A stretch of 64,000 nucleotides of DNA from an uncultured Acidobacteriota bacterium (GTDB taxonomy: Bacteria > Acidobacteriota > Blastocatellia > RBC074). Shown here one piece after another: positions 43,801-53,637 of the stretch. A program made the translations under genes and the position numbers. The number at the start of each line of letters is the position of its first letter. The first letter of the stretch is position 1. The notes beneath the pieces were generated by a model. It had not been told where the DNA came from and made no database searches. It saw only the letters and a program-made list of their open reading frames with translations. Location: the NCBI GenBank assembly GCA_963796275.1, contig CAWCKY010000007.1, positions 544,001-608,000 on the forward strand. The letters run 5' to 3'.

Positions 43801-44422
43801 TCAGATCGAGGATCGACACGTTATTTTCCGCGTTCACATTTGAGATGCCGTCGATCGTCACTTCGCTGGTCGCATTGCGCCCGCCGCTTATGAACGGCGA
43901 CGACCCGGGGCCCGGGATCACACCCGGAGCAAGCGAAGCCAACGAGAACGGATTGCGCCCGTTGAGCGGGAGATCGATTATGCGTTTGTTTTCAATGGTC
44001 TGGCTGACGGTTGAACTCGTAAGTTCAATGGCTGCTGCCCCGGAGGATGTGACGGTGACGCTCTCCGTCGTATCGCCTATCTCCAGGGTTACATCCATCT
44101 CACGGATCTGCTGGACATCGAGTTTGACTTCATCTAGTGTTGCGGTCTTGAACCCGGATCTTTTAATATTGATTCGGTAGAGACCGGGTTTTAATTGTGG
44201 AACGACATAACTGCCGTTGCCTTCGGTCGTAACAACCCGGGTCTCGTTCGTTCCTTTATTAATGATAGATACTTCCGCTCCGGCGATGACCGCGCCGGCT
44301 GCATCCTGAACGGTTCCGCGTATCGTGCCGGTGAATTGCTGCGCACTGACTGGAAATGAGATTCCGACGAGCAGTATCAAAATAAACATAATAAGACGTA
44401 CCGCTGGTAATTGATTTGACAT
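40874..44422 (-). CDS. TonB-dependent receptor (Oar-like)
   Basis: AGGAG RBS, signal peptide, LPLNGRN, AVQEFSVQT, TKSGTN, C-terminal PRQIQLALKLIF. Confidence 0.94.
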   Translation of the reverse strand: MSNQLPAVRLIMFILILLVGISFPVSAQQFTGTIRGTVQDAAGAVIAGAEVSIINKGTNETRVVTTEGNGSYVVPQLKPGLYRINIKRSGFKTATLDEVKLDVQQIREMDVTLEIGDTTESVTVTSSGAAAIELTSSTVSQTIENKRIIDLPLNGRNPFSLASLAPGVIPGPGSSPFISGGRNATSEVTIDGISNVNAENNVSILDLNYTPSVDAVQEFSVQTNSVSAEFGRLGGGVINLVTKSGTNQYHWTGFGFTRNSLLDANNFFSNRAGIEKGSFKRHQFGGNVGGPIRTDRTFFFVNYEGLRQGAASVGTFTVPLAEWRRGDFSNLMTAGGQRIQLYNPFSTEADRTTPGRFTRDPFRCGADGNPLPLQPNNRQVGGEACNKIPTALLNPIALNLMQYWPLPNTTPINANTQQNNFTAVGTNISNSNQIDSRVDHNFTANWRSFVRFSTLFKNPNRPFNHFANPATPNNAGPTDSTSKSISVDNVYTVNPTLFLNARYGLNRRTVVRIPFSTGFDITQLGFPAAIQGVAQAAEFPRINVGGLSSLGQETFNDLVIAPTTHSFNANVTKTLPRHTFKFGMDYRKLMLNFLQLGQPSGEYNFSPTWTQRDPNQGSNMDGFGLASMLIGIPNSGTVSHDPTPASSSSYWALYFEDTWRMTPKLTITLGLRYDLDVPRTERYNRLSVFDFDAPSPIASMVPANPYFNPADLKGAINFVTAEERRQFPTDKNNWGPRIGFAYSLNDRTVVRAAYGIYYAPSVLQAAGHTGTAGMIGYRTSSNMIVSLNGRDPIGFFDNPFPNGFNLPPGTSLGTATNIGLGIGEGVIPDHHSPYIQQWNFNIQRELPGNIVFEAAYIGSKGTRLLAGENGITQSQLPASFLRFGTELQDQVTNPFFGIITNPSSNLRSSTVARGRLLRPYPQYDGINAFRVPYGFSIYHGGTLRADKRFSNGLSILVAYTWNKLIDDVSTTVGFLGQASSRQNVYDRAAERSIGSQDITHRFVNSFVYDMPFGRGKKFGGSLPSAANWLVGGWQFNGIVTFQSGLPILITQGQNNVGLFNPTQRPTWNGNNANIDGTKDAKLAKWFDTSAFAITPAFTFGNSPRVMPNLRMDGEKNFDLSLFKNNYFKEGKWNAQFRIEFFNAFNRVRLGGPNGQVDSNNFGTIGGQGNGPRQIQLALKLIF

Positions 44423-44936
44423 TAGTCTCCTGTGTGATGGGTGGGATTTACACGATTTTTCAATGATTTGGTAAGCGAAATAAGCTAAATCTTTGCTAAA
44501 CTTGAAAAATCTTGAAGATCCGCTTACCTGATCTATTAAATGAAGTCTAGAGTTATCCCAGCAAGTTCGTGAGTGATTGACTAAGTATTGATTGAATGCT
44601 GAATCGGAGCAGGCCTATTTATATTTTTGTCTAGAGTATTGGTCTAGTGTTTTCCTGGCAAAGCTGTTTGAAGAACAATTAATCGGTCGCGTTTCAGAAG
44701 GAGGATGATCTTTCTAAACCAATGCGTCCGGGATTTAAACCAATTGTAACCTACAGGCAGTTTGGTAGGCTCTCGGGCGGACACATTGGCCTGATTATCA
44801 ACGGCATATAATTAATATTTCCGAAACGCGACCGAAATCGTCAGGTTCGAGATTATGTGTTCTTGGATTCAAAGTCCTTTAGATTAGCTAAATTTTTGGT
44901 AAAGAAAGTTGTAAAGATCAGCTAAATGCTGTTTTT

Positions 44937-47196
44937 ATGATTCACTTGGAATCCAAACTTGGGTTGTATTACGAATTTGGGCCTTTCCGGCTTGACCCGG
45001 GAGAACACCGCTTCTATCGCGACGGTGAGATAATACTTTTGCCTCCCAAGGAATTCGATCTCCTTTTGCTTCTGGTGAAGAGCTCCGGAAAGATAATGGA
45101 TAGGGAGAGTCTAATAAAAGCTCTCTGGCCAAGGACGGTCGTCGAAGAGGCAAATCTCAATGTTCACATTTCGGCTCTGCGGAAGACCCTCGGCGAAAAG
45201 CCGGACGAATATCGATATATCGAGACTATACCTAGATTGGGTTATCGCTTCATCGCGCCGGTCATAGAAGTCAATACTGCCGCTAAGATAGAAGCGCAGG
45301 CGCATCCGTTCAAGAATTCGTCCGAACTTCTGTTTCCACCGACCTGGACAGGGGATGAGAAGGTACTGAGCCTGGACGGCACTTCTCAGCAGAGGATCCG
45401 ATCCCGGTTACTCGCGCCCTCGTATGTCTGCGGCGACATTGCCAATCTGGCTGCTCGCGCTCTCCGCGCTAGGCATTCTCGCCATCCTGATACTCAAGCC
45501 ATACCGCTCGGGGATACCCGGGAACGGAATAGAGAAGTCGTTGGAAGTGGTTCCGCTGACTACCTATCCTGGACATGAGTATCAGCCGGCTTTTTCGCCG
45601 GATGGGAATCAAATAGCATTTGTCTGGACGGGAGAAACCGGCGACAACAGCGACATCTATGTAAGGCTGGTTGATGGCAGCAATTCGGTGAGACTGACTA
45701 CGCATCCTGGTGATGACGTAAATCCTGTCTGGTCGCCTGATGGAAGCATGATCGCCTTCTATCGCAATACAGGGGACCGTGACGGAGTATATATAATGCC
45801 TTCACTGGGCGGAGCAGAGCGCAAGGTGACCGATGCCTGGGCGAATCGCTTCAGTTTCGGAAGTCGTACATGGCTCCACTGGTCTCCCGACGGGAAATGG
45901 CTTGTGTTGAGCGACAAGCTTTCAGATGATGAGCCATTCGGACTTTTTCTTATCTCGCCCGAAACCGGAGAGAGGCGCCGCCTGACATCGCCTCCGGTAA
46001 GCTATATCGGGGATTGCAGTCCGGCCTTTTCGCCCGATGGATCGCAGGTGGGTTTTGTGCGAGTCTTCAGCGCCGTAGTCGGTGAGGTATTCCTCGTCTC
46101 GCTTGATGGAGGCGAACCGGTGCGGCTGACGCACGACGGGGGCGGCGCAAGCAATCTGACCTGGGTACAGGATGGGCGCGAGATCGTTTTCTCCACACGG
46201 TATGGCGGGAGAGCTCAATTGCAGAGGCTTCCGATCGGAGGCACGCCTCAATGGTTGGCGGCGAGCGGCACCGATGCCCATTACCCGGCCTTCTCCGCTC
46301 AGGGGAACCGGTTGGCCTGGACGAAAAATACTGCGAATTCAGATATCTTCAGAGCGTCTCTCGCAAACGAACGGGATGGGAGCAAATCATACTCCAGTTT
46401 TATCGTTTCAACAGCAGTTGAAGGCAGCCCGCAGTACTCGCCGGATGGGAGTAGGATCGTTTTCCAGTCGAATCGGACAGGCGGAGGAGAAATTTGGGTT
46501 TGCGGCAGCGAGGGAGAGAATCCGATACGGCTGACATCATTTCGCGGACCGCTCACCGGCTCGCCGAGATGGTCGCCCGATGGCCGGCATATCGTCCTCG
46601 ACTCACGGCCTGAAGGAAATGCCGATATCTATATCGTCAGCAGCGAAGGCGGCGGCCCGCCGCGGCGGCTGACGACCGATCCCGGTGAAGACATCGTGCC
46701 CAGCTTCTCGCGCGACGGGCGCTGGATCTATTTCTCCTCGAGCCGTAGCGGCAGGCTGCAGGTCTGGAAGATGGCGCCGGATGGAAGCGACGCCGTCCAG
46801 GTGACGAAAAATGGCGGTTTTGAGCCTCGTGAATCGCCTGATGGCCAGTGGCTATATTACGCGCGGGACCGAGGGTCATCATCGATCTGGCGCATCCCGG
46901 CGAGCGGCGGTGAAGAGACTCCGGTCTATGATTTTCAACAGAAGGCCCTCAGCCGGATGTGGTCGGTATTGAATGACGGTATTTATTTCGCTGTCGCCGA
47001 GTCATCTACTCGGTCAGCCATAAAGTTCTATAGCTTCACCAATGGAAGCGTGAAGACGGTCATCGATGGTATAGATGACGGTATCATGCCCAATAGCATT
47101 TCGGGTCTGACGATTTCGCCGGACGGGAGATGGGTGCTGTTTCCTCTAGTGATTCAGCGTGGTAGTGATTTGATGATGATTGAAAACTTTCGCTGA
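44937..47196 (+). CDS. OmpR/CadC-type winged-helix + TM + PD40 beta-propeller sensor-regulator, +1 frameshift at about 45370-45424
   Basis: YEFGPFRLD, VEEANLNVHISALRK and IETIPRLGYRF in one frame; TM helix and multiple PAFSPDG repeats in the +1 frame. Confidence 0.85.
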
Positions 47197-47419
47197 ATTC
47201 TTACCTCAGAGCAAACTTAGAAATGTACTCGACTATATCCACCGGCTTCCTCCGGCGCTGATCATAGTTGCTGATCATAATTATTGATAACAATCGAATT
47301 TAAAGTGCGCAGTCCTTATTTATCTACTCATCAGAAAGATTGCGACTTTGAAGTAGAAGCGAAATAGGTCACATCGCTCCGTCATATTACTTTTATCTGT
47401 CAACATAGATGTAAAAGCG

Positions 47420-48124
47420 ATGAAAGTTATTGCATCGACTGATGCGTCATATTCGAATAACATGCGAGAAAAAGAGGCTTGGCTTCAGCTGACCGAAGCC
47501 GAACAGCAAATAATTACGGCCAAACTGCCACTCAACCATACTGAAACAGCTCAAAAAGTATTTAACGACCGACTGACGGGAAAAAACGCCGAAGAAACAG
47601 AGGCTCTTGTAACAGCAATTAAGAACCTCATAGACAACGCAGGCGGTCGAGCTAACAGTGAAGTCTGGCAACAAATTCAGAGTATTGATGGCGGATGGGT
47701 GGATAAAAGGGACAGCTCGTCTGGGGCATTACATTTGAGCGTCAATAATTCCAAGGACTTTCTCACCGTCCTTCGGAAGAATGGGTATGATGTTAATCGA
47801 TACTACGAGGTTTTCAGTGATCACAAGCACTCCGCCCGATTCATAACCGAAACCTCATACCAGCCTGGGATGCACTTTGTACAGGAAGAGAATTATCCCG
47901 ATAACAAATTTGACGTCCATTGGGATCGAAGGTCTTCGGCCTTTAAAAAAGCATACCGGAAGTATTTCTTGCTGCCCGCTTTTGCCGAAAAAATCATTGA
48001 GCGGATAGGGGCAGGGAAGACACATACGAACCCTATCTCTTCCGCTCAAGTGAGACAGGATTTGAAGAAAATGGGTATGGTTCCTGATGAGGGTTCACCG
48101 CGGACTTTCAGCGAGTCGTCCTGA
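47420..48124 (+). CDS. Hypothetical protein (AT-richer than its neighbours)
   Basis: 234-aa ORF; no recognised motif. Confidence 0.65.
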   Translation: MKVIASTDASYSNNMREKEAWLQLTEAEQQIITAKLPLNHTETAQKVFNDRLTGKNAEETEALVTAIKNLIDNAGGRANSEVWQQIQSIDGGWVDKRDSSSGALHLSVNNSKDFLTVLRKNGYDVNRYYEVFSDHKHSARFITETSYQPGMHFVQEENYPDNKFDVHWDRRSSAFKKAYRKYFLLPAFAEKIIERIGAGKTHTNPISSAQVRQDLKKMGMVPDEGSPRTFSESS

Positions 48125-48248
48125 CAAGATAATAGAAATCAAGACAGCTCAGCCCGTCACGGATGCAACGAATAGTCCCCGATAATTCGTGCTGACCCAT
48201 CGCATCCGTGAAAATCCTTGGGGAATTCCCAGCGCTGATTTTCCGTTT

Positions 48249-48301
48249 CCCTTGTACTTCGACAGCAGTGCGAGTAGGATTTTGCTGTAGAAGCAACAGG
48301 G
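48249..48301 (+). promoter_or_regulatory. Sigma70 promoter with an overlapping inverted repeat (putative PadR operator)
   Basis: TTGTAC (48252)-N17-TAGGAT (48275); CCCTTGTACTTCGACAGCA is imperfectly complementary to TGCTGTAGAAGCAACAGGG. Confidence 0.55.
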
Positions 48302-48310
48302 GAGCTGAAT

Positions 48311-48643
48311 ATGGCAGAACAACGTATAGACTTACCGCAGGGGACACTGGACCTGTTGATCCTCAAGATCATAGCTCTCGGGCCTCAGCACGGATGGGCG
48401 ATCTCGGAGCGCGTTCAGCAGATCTCGAGCGATGCCCTTCAGGTTAAGCAGGGATCATTGTATCCGGCTCTTCACCGGCTGGAACGCCGCGGGTTGATTA
48501 AGGCGCGTTGGAACACTACCGAGAACAATCGGCAAGCGAAATATTATGAGCTGACCCGCCGCGGGCATAGACAATTGGAAGCCCAGGAAGATTCGTGGCG
48601 CAGACTGACCGCCGCGGTCAGCCAGATTCTGGACACTGCTTAA
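48311..48643 (+). CDS. PadR family transcriptional regulator (acidobacterial type)
   Basis: LPQGTLDLLILK, QGSLYPALHRLE, NNRQAKYYELT. Confidence 0.95.
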   Translation: MAEQRIDLPQGTLDLLILKIIALGPQHGWAISERVQQISSDALQVKQGSLYPALHRLERRGLIKARWNTTENNRQAKYYELTRRGHRQLEAQEDSWRRLTAAVSQILDTA

Positions 48644-48667
48644 TCCTCAGGTAGCCAGGAGGACACG

Positions 48668-51325
48668 ATGATAAGTGATCTGTTATATCGTCTGCGCGCC
48701 ATTTTCCGGCGGCGCTCGGTTGAACAGGAGCTCGACGAAGAGTTGCGATTCCACCTGGAAAACGAGATCGAAAAACTGATGCGATCGGGCCTCACTCGCG
48801 AGGAAGCGTCGAGAAAGGCCAGGCTGTTGCTAGGCGGAATGGATCAGGTGAAAGAGGAATGCCGGGAGGTGCGCGGCGTCTCGGTGGTTGAGACAGCGAT
48901 TCAGGACCTTCGCTATGGATTACGCGGGCTGCGCCGCAATCCGGGGTTGGCCATTATAGCTATAGTGACGTTGTCGTTGGGGATGGCCGCAAGCATCGTC
49001 GTGTTCAGCATATTCGAGGCGGTTCTGCTCAGGCCGCTGCCTTTTCGTGATGCTGATCGCCTGGTACAGATATGGGAGACGCGGCTCGAACGTGGGATCG
49101 ACCAGATGGGATTCAGCGAAGGCAACTTTTGGGATGTCCGCACGCGGAACCATTCCTTTGAGGCGGTTGCGGCCATTCACTATGACGAAGCCATTCTTAC
49201 CGGCAGCGGTCCGGCGAAGAAAGTCTCGATGAATTATGTTACGCCCAATTTTTTCCGCACCCTCGAGGTATCACCCCTGTTGGGGCGCAGCTTCTCAGAT
49301 GAGGATAAAGAGGACAATCGCGTGGCGATTCTCGGAAACCGGTTTTGGAAGGAGCAGTTCGGCGGGGATCCGGCGATCATCGGCAAATCGCTGCGGCTGA
49401 ACGATATGGTCTCATTCACAGTGGTGGGAGTGCTGCCGGCAGGTGAGCAGTGGATCAACGAGCAGATTTACGTGCAGGGCGGAGTCACCAACAGTGCAGA
49501 TGCCCCTCGCAGCAAAGGGGAAAGCAGAGTGATCGCTCGGCTAGCACCAGAAGTTTCGGCAGAAGCAGCGCAAGCAGACCTACTGCAAATCGCCGGCGTG
49601 CTCGCCCAATCCTACCCAATAGAAAACGAAGGCCTCGGATTCCGCCTGGAGTCTTCAAGCATATGGAAAGCCAGCGACACCACACGCCGGGCTCTCTGGG
49701 TGTTGTTCGGTGCGGTCACCTTCCTTTTGTTAATCGGATGCATGAACATCGCGAATCTCCTGCTGGCACGGGGCACAGCGCGGCAGCGGGAGATCGCCGT
49801 TCGTATCGTGCTCGGCGCAAGCCGCGGCCGGCTGGTTCGCTTTGTGATGATGGAGGTGATTCTGCTCACCGGATTCGGAGTCGCGCTCGGTCTGGCGATG
49901 GCGTACACCGCTCTGCGCGTGATGCATACAATTGAGATTGCCGGAATTCCACGGTTGGCGGACGCCAGCCTGAATCGCTGGGTACTTGTGTTCGCCGTAA
50001 TAATTGCGTCTCTGACCGGCTTGCTATCCGGTCTCGCACCGGCGCTGCAAGCGTGGGCTAGCGGGGTCACAGCCGCATTACGCGACAGCGACCGCCAGGC
50101 GGGAAGCCGCAGGCAAGGTCGCCTGCGTGCAACACTGGTCACTGGCGAGGTGGCGCTCTCGTTTCTATTGCTCGTGGGCGCAGGCCTGCTGATTCGCAGT
50201 TTCGTCCAGTTGATGAACGTGGACCGTGGATTCCAGTCCGAGGATCGACTGATGTTTAGGGTGAATATGCCAGGTCACTACTGGTGGAAAGGCACGGGCA
50301 GGCGGGTTCTTGACCGGCTTTTTGAGCGCCTGTCAGCCGTTCCCGGTGTGATCGCGGTCGGAGCGGTCAACGACCGGCCTCTGGAGCCTATACTGGGCCA
50401 CAGTGGAGCTACGGAAATCGATTCCGGTTCGCGATCGCAAAACTCTGAGCGCCGCACGCCGCTTACGGTCGGAGCGCGCATCGTTACGTCCGGTTACTTT
50501 CGTGCCATCGGGTTGCCCTTTCTTCACGGAAGAGGTTTCGACGAGAACGACGAAATGGTTTGGGAGCAGATATCTCCTAACACGCAACGGTCCGCATCGC
50601 CACGGCGCGTAGTTGTCAGCGGGCGACTGGCGAAGTTGCTCTTCCCCAATGAATATCCAGTCGGCAAACACGTGAGAATGAGAAATCTGGACGCCGAGGT
50701 TATAGGCGTAGTCGAAGATAGCCGCGAGCGCGGCTTGATCTCCGATCCCACACTCACCGTCTATCTTCCGCATGGCCGAAACCACTTGACGCCCGAGTTC
50801 GTCGTCCACACCCGTGCGAATCATCTCGATCTGGCGCAGGAAGTGCAAAAGATCGTCACCTCGCTGGACTCCAATCTTGCAGTTACTGATATTCGCTCAT
50901 TTGAAGAAGTGATATCCCGTTCCGTCACACCACAGCGGTTCAATGCCATTCTACTGGGAGTTTTCAGCGGACTCGCGCTACTGCTGGCGATCACCGGCAT
51001 CTACGGCGTGCTCTCCTATTCGATGAGCCGCCGTACATCCGAAATCGGGCTGCGTATGGCGCTCGGTGCAACAACAGGCAGCATCTTGCGGCTGACGATA
51101 CTACAAGGAATGCGACCCGTATTGCTGGGGATCGGGCTGGGTGGACTGGGAGCGTGGTGGCTGTCGGGCTACCTCGCATCGCTGCTCTTCGGGATCGAGC
51201 CATTCGACATTATCACCTACGCGGCGGTAGCAACGCTGCTTCTGGCGACGGCGCTGGCTGCCTGCTATCTTCCCGGCCGTCGCGCAATGCGGATTGATCC
51301 AGCTATAGCGCTGCGCATCGAGTAG
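48668..51325 (+). CDS. ADOP-type duplicated orphan ABC permease (MacB/FtsX-like)
   Basis: ELDEELRFHLE prefix, QDLRYGLR, NIANLLLAR, REIAVR, EIGLRMALGA, DPAIALRIE; follows PadR, no ATPase gene nearby. Confidence 0.95.
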   Translation: MISDLLYRLRAIFRRRSVEQELDEELRFHLENEIEKLMRSGLTREEASRKARLLLGGMDQVKEECREVRGVSVVETAIQDLRYGLRGLRRNPGLAIIAIVTLSLGMAASIVVFSIFEAVLLRPLPFRDADRLVQIWETRLERGIDQMGFSEGNFWDVRTRNHSFEAVAAIHYDEAILTGSGPAKKVSMNYVTPNFFRTLEVSPLLGRSFSDEDKEDNRVAILGNRFWKEQFGGDPAIIGKSLRLNDMVSFTVVGVLPAGEQWINEQIYVQGGVTNSADAPRSKGESRVIARLAPEVSAEAAQADLLQIAGVLAQSYPIENEGLGFRLESSSIWKASDTTRRALWVLFGAVTFLLLIGCMNIANLLLARGTARQREIAVRIVLGASRGRLVRFVMMEVILLTGFGVALGLAMAYTALRVMHTIEIAGIPRLADASLNRWVLVFAVIIASLTGLLSGLAPALQAWASGVTAALRDSDRQAGSRRQGRLRATLVTGEVALSFLLLVGAGLLIRSFVQLMNVDRGFQSEDRLMFRVNMPGHYWWKGTGRRVLDRLFERLSAVPGVIAVGAVNDRPLEPILGHSGATEIDSGSRSQNSERRTPLTVGARIVTSGYFRAIGLPFLHGRGFDENDEMVWEQISPNTQRSASPRRVVVSGRLAKLLFPNEYPVGKHVRMRNLDAEVIGVVEDSRERGLISDPTLTVYLPHGRNHLTPEFVVHTRANHLDLAQEVQKIVTSLDSNLAVTDIRSFEEVISRSVTPQRFNAILLGVFSGLALLLAITGIYGVLSYSMSRRTSEIGLRMALGATTGSILRLTILQGMRPVLLGIGLGGLGAWWLSGYLASLLFGIEPFDIITYAAVATLLLATALAACYLPGRRAMRIDPAIALRIE

Positions 51326-51333
51326 CTTTGTAG

Positions 51334-51708
51334 AGCCCGTGAAGCGGGCGATAGAATAAAGCCCAGGGTGTAGGCGAAGCCGGAACCCTGGGTGTAGTCA
51401 TAGTAAATGATTCAAGCCCATGAAATGGGCGGCAGATTTAGATCAACCGCACAACCTCGCGGTCTATCGCCCACTTCGTGGACTTGCGCGACTTGGTGGC
51501 GTGCAACCCAGGGTTCCGCATCGGCTCTACTCTGGGTGTAGTCATAGTAAATGGTTCAAGCCCATGAAATGGGCGGCAGATTTAGATCAACCGCGCAACC
51601 TCGCGGTCTATCGCCCACTTCGTGGGCTCGCGCGACTTGGTGGCGTGCACCCAGGGTTCCGCCTTCGGCTCTACCCTGGGCTTTATTCTATCGCCCGCTT
51701 CGCGGGCT
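51334..51708. mobile_element. REPIN/MITE-like element with terminal inverted repeats and an internal 144-bp duplication
   Basis: AGCCCGTGAAGCGGGCGATAGAATAAAGCCCAGGGT pairs with ACCCTGGGCTTTATTCTATCGCCCGCTTCGCGGGCT; direct repeats begin at 51388 and 51532. Confidence 0.8.
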
Positions 51709-51898
51709 TGAACAATTTCAGAAAACTTCGTTTACGCAATACTTAGGACGAATTGTGAAACCATCTATTAAGCATCTAATCAGCTAAATCATAAATCACT
51801 GCATCCCGCGAACCGACGTCACCCGCACGATTGAAAACTGACCTGTCAGTTTTAGTTTTGAAACGTGAATGACCTGATTCCCGCGTTGGTTTTCCCCC

Positions 51899-53494
51899 TC
51901 AATTCCGATCCGATACGCTTGGGTTCAATCCGCCGTCGAACTCAGCCAACATCGCGCAAACCTGGTCCAACACCACCGTCACATCCCGTCCGCTGCCTAC
52001 ATAGTTATTCCCCATCATACTGAATATCAACACTTGCCCGCGGTGAGTCGTGACGTACCCCGATAGCGAGTTGACATAGCTCAGCGTACCTGTTTTCCCC
52101 CGGAAGTTGTTGAATGCTTCCGTCTCCCGCATACGGCGTTCGAGCGTGCCATCAACGCCGGCAAGAGCCAGCGATTCGCGATACACGCTCGAGTGCTTAT
52201 GAATCAGCATGTATTCCAACAGCCTGGTCGTTGAGCGAGGAGTGACCAGATTCTGGCGCGCAAGACCTGAACCGTCGCGCAGACTCAGAGCACCTACCTC
52301 GATACCGGCCCGTTGCAGGAATCTCCGGCTCATTTCAGTGCCTAACGATGCAGTCTGTTTCGGCCGCTCATATTCGTCGAGCAAACCGTATTCAGGGTGG
52401 CGCGTGCCGAGTTGTCTGAGCAGCAGCTCTGTATGCAGGTTCTGGCTCTGTTTGTTGACGATTTTAAGCATCTCTGACAGGGGCTGAGATTCGTATTTCG
52501 CGACCTCTGTCATTTTCGATACGTCGATTGGCTCCGCGACGCGCGCGATAGCGTCTCGCCGCTCTATCCGCCCGCGCAAACGTATTTTCCGGCGGGCGAG
52601 AGCTTCTCGAAGCAGCGTGGCCGCGAAGACCGCAGGATTGTGAATTGCGATGTTGACTGAAACGCCGGGCGCTCTCCGCGGTATCGCCCCGAAAAACTCG
52701 ATATCATTGCTGTTGACCGGACGATGGACTCCGATGCGCGTTTGGCCGTTTGCGCTGGTGGTTGCGTTATTTATTATGCGAACGAAATTGGTGATCGGTT
52801 GGACTTTGATCACAGGTTTCTCGCCGACTTTGGAAGCGGGGGCGATGGTGAAGGTCAGCGTGTTGTCGTTTGCGGTGAGGGCGCTCACTTCTGCGCCGTA
52901 GTAAAACTGCATATCATCCCATTCCCATCCGGGGCCAACCAGATCGCCAGCAAAGAAGCTGTCGTCCCCGATGATGTTGCCCGCGATGACCCTGATTCCT
53001 CGCGCTTTGATCTGATCGGCCAGTTTCTCAATCGCGCTGATCTTGTTGGCCGGCATGAAGTCGCTGTATCGCTTGGGATCATCGGTCTCGAAGCGCGGAG
53101 AGAGATTGGGATCGCCGCGTCCGTAAAGGATCAGGTCGCCCTGCAGCACCCCTTTTACGATCGGGTTTGCAGCGTAGACGGAAGTCTTGATTTTGAATGT
53201 GGGACCGAAGGCATCCAGCGCCGCTGCCGAGGTATAAAGCTTCATATTCGATGCCGGCATAAATGCCTTGTCGGCGTCGCGCTCGAAAATGACCTGCCCA
53301 TCCGTCGTGATAATGCGCAACCCCCAGCGCGCGGAAGCGAATTTAGACTGGTCGATCAATTCCGTGATGCGCTCCTGCAGATCAGCCAGAGTTGCCGGTT
53401 TTGTACTCGTGGGCGCTGGTTGTTGTGATAGCGCGGGCGAAAGCGACAGCAGAATAATAAGGACTAAAATGGAGATTCTGTTTATGCTTTTCAT
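51899..53494 (-). CDS. dacB: D-alanyl-D-alanine carboxypeptidase/endopeptidase (PBP4, peptidase S13)
   Basis: PASNMK (SxxK), SQN, DGSGL and KTG motifs; signal peptide from ATG 53494. Confidence 0.93.
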   Translation of the reverse strand: MKSINRISILVLIILLSLSPALSQQPAPTSTKPATLADLQERITELIDQSKFASARWGLRIITTDGQVIFERDADKAFMPASNMKLYTSAAALDAFGPTFKIKTSVYAANPIVKGVLQGDLILYGRGDPNLSPRFETDDPKRYSDFMPANKISAIEKLADQIKARGIRVIAGNIIGDDSFFAGDLVGPGWEWDDMQFYYGAEVSALTANDNTLTFTIAPASKVGEKPVIKVQPITNFVRIINNATTSANGQTRIGVHRPVNSNDIEFFGAIPRRAPGVSVNIAIHNPAVFAATLLREALARRKIRLRGRIERRDAIARVAEPIDVSKMTEVAKYESQPLSEMLKIVNKQSQNLHTELLLRQLGTRHPEYGLLDEYERPKQTASLGTEMSRRFLQRAGIEVGALSLRDGSGLARQNLVTPRSTTRLLEYMLIHKHSSVYRESLALAGVDGTLERRMRETEAFNNFRGKTGTLSYVNSLSGYVTTHRGQVLIFSMMGNNYVGSGRDVTVVLDQVCAMLAEFDGGLNPSVSDRN

Positions 53495-53637
53495 TTCTTC
53501 AAGTAGGCGCGCCTGAGACTTTACAGCTAAGGCTCGCAAGAATCGCACGTATTTCAACACGACGTTATATATTATTTCTCAAATATACGAACTGTCACAC
53601 GGCAGATGGAAAATCAAGGGAGCGATCTTCGCTCTTC

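Noticed and set aside
51420-51787. ORFs within the palindromic element
   Set aside because: They simply translate the duplicated repeat
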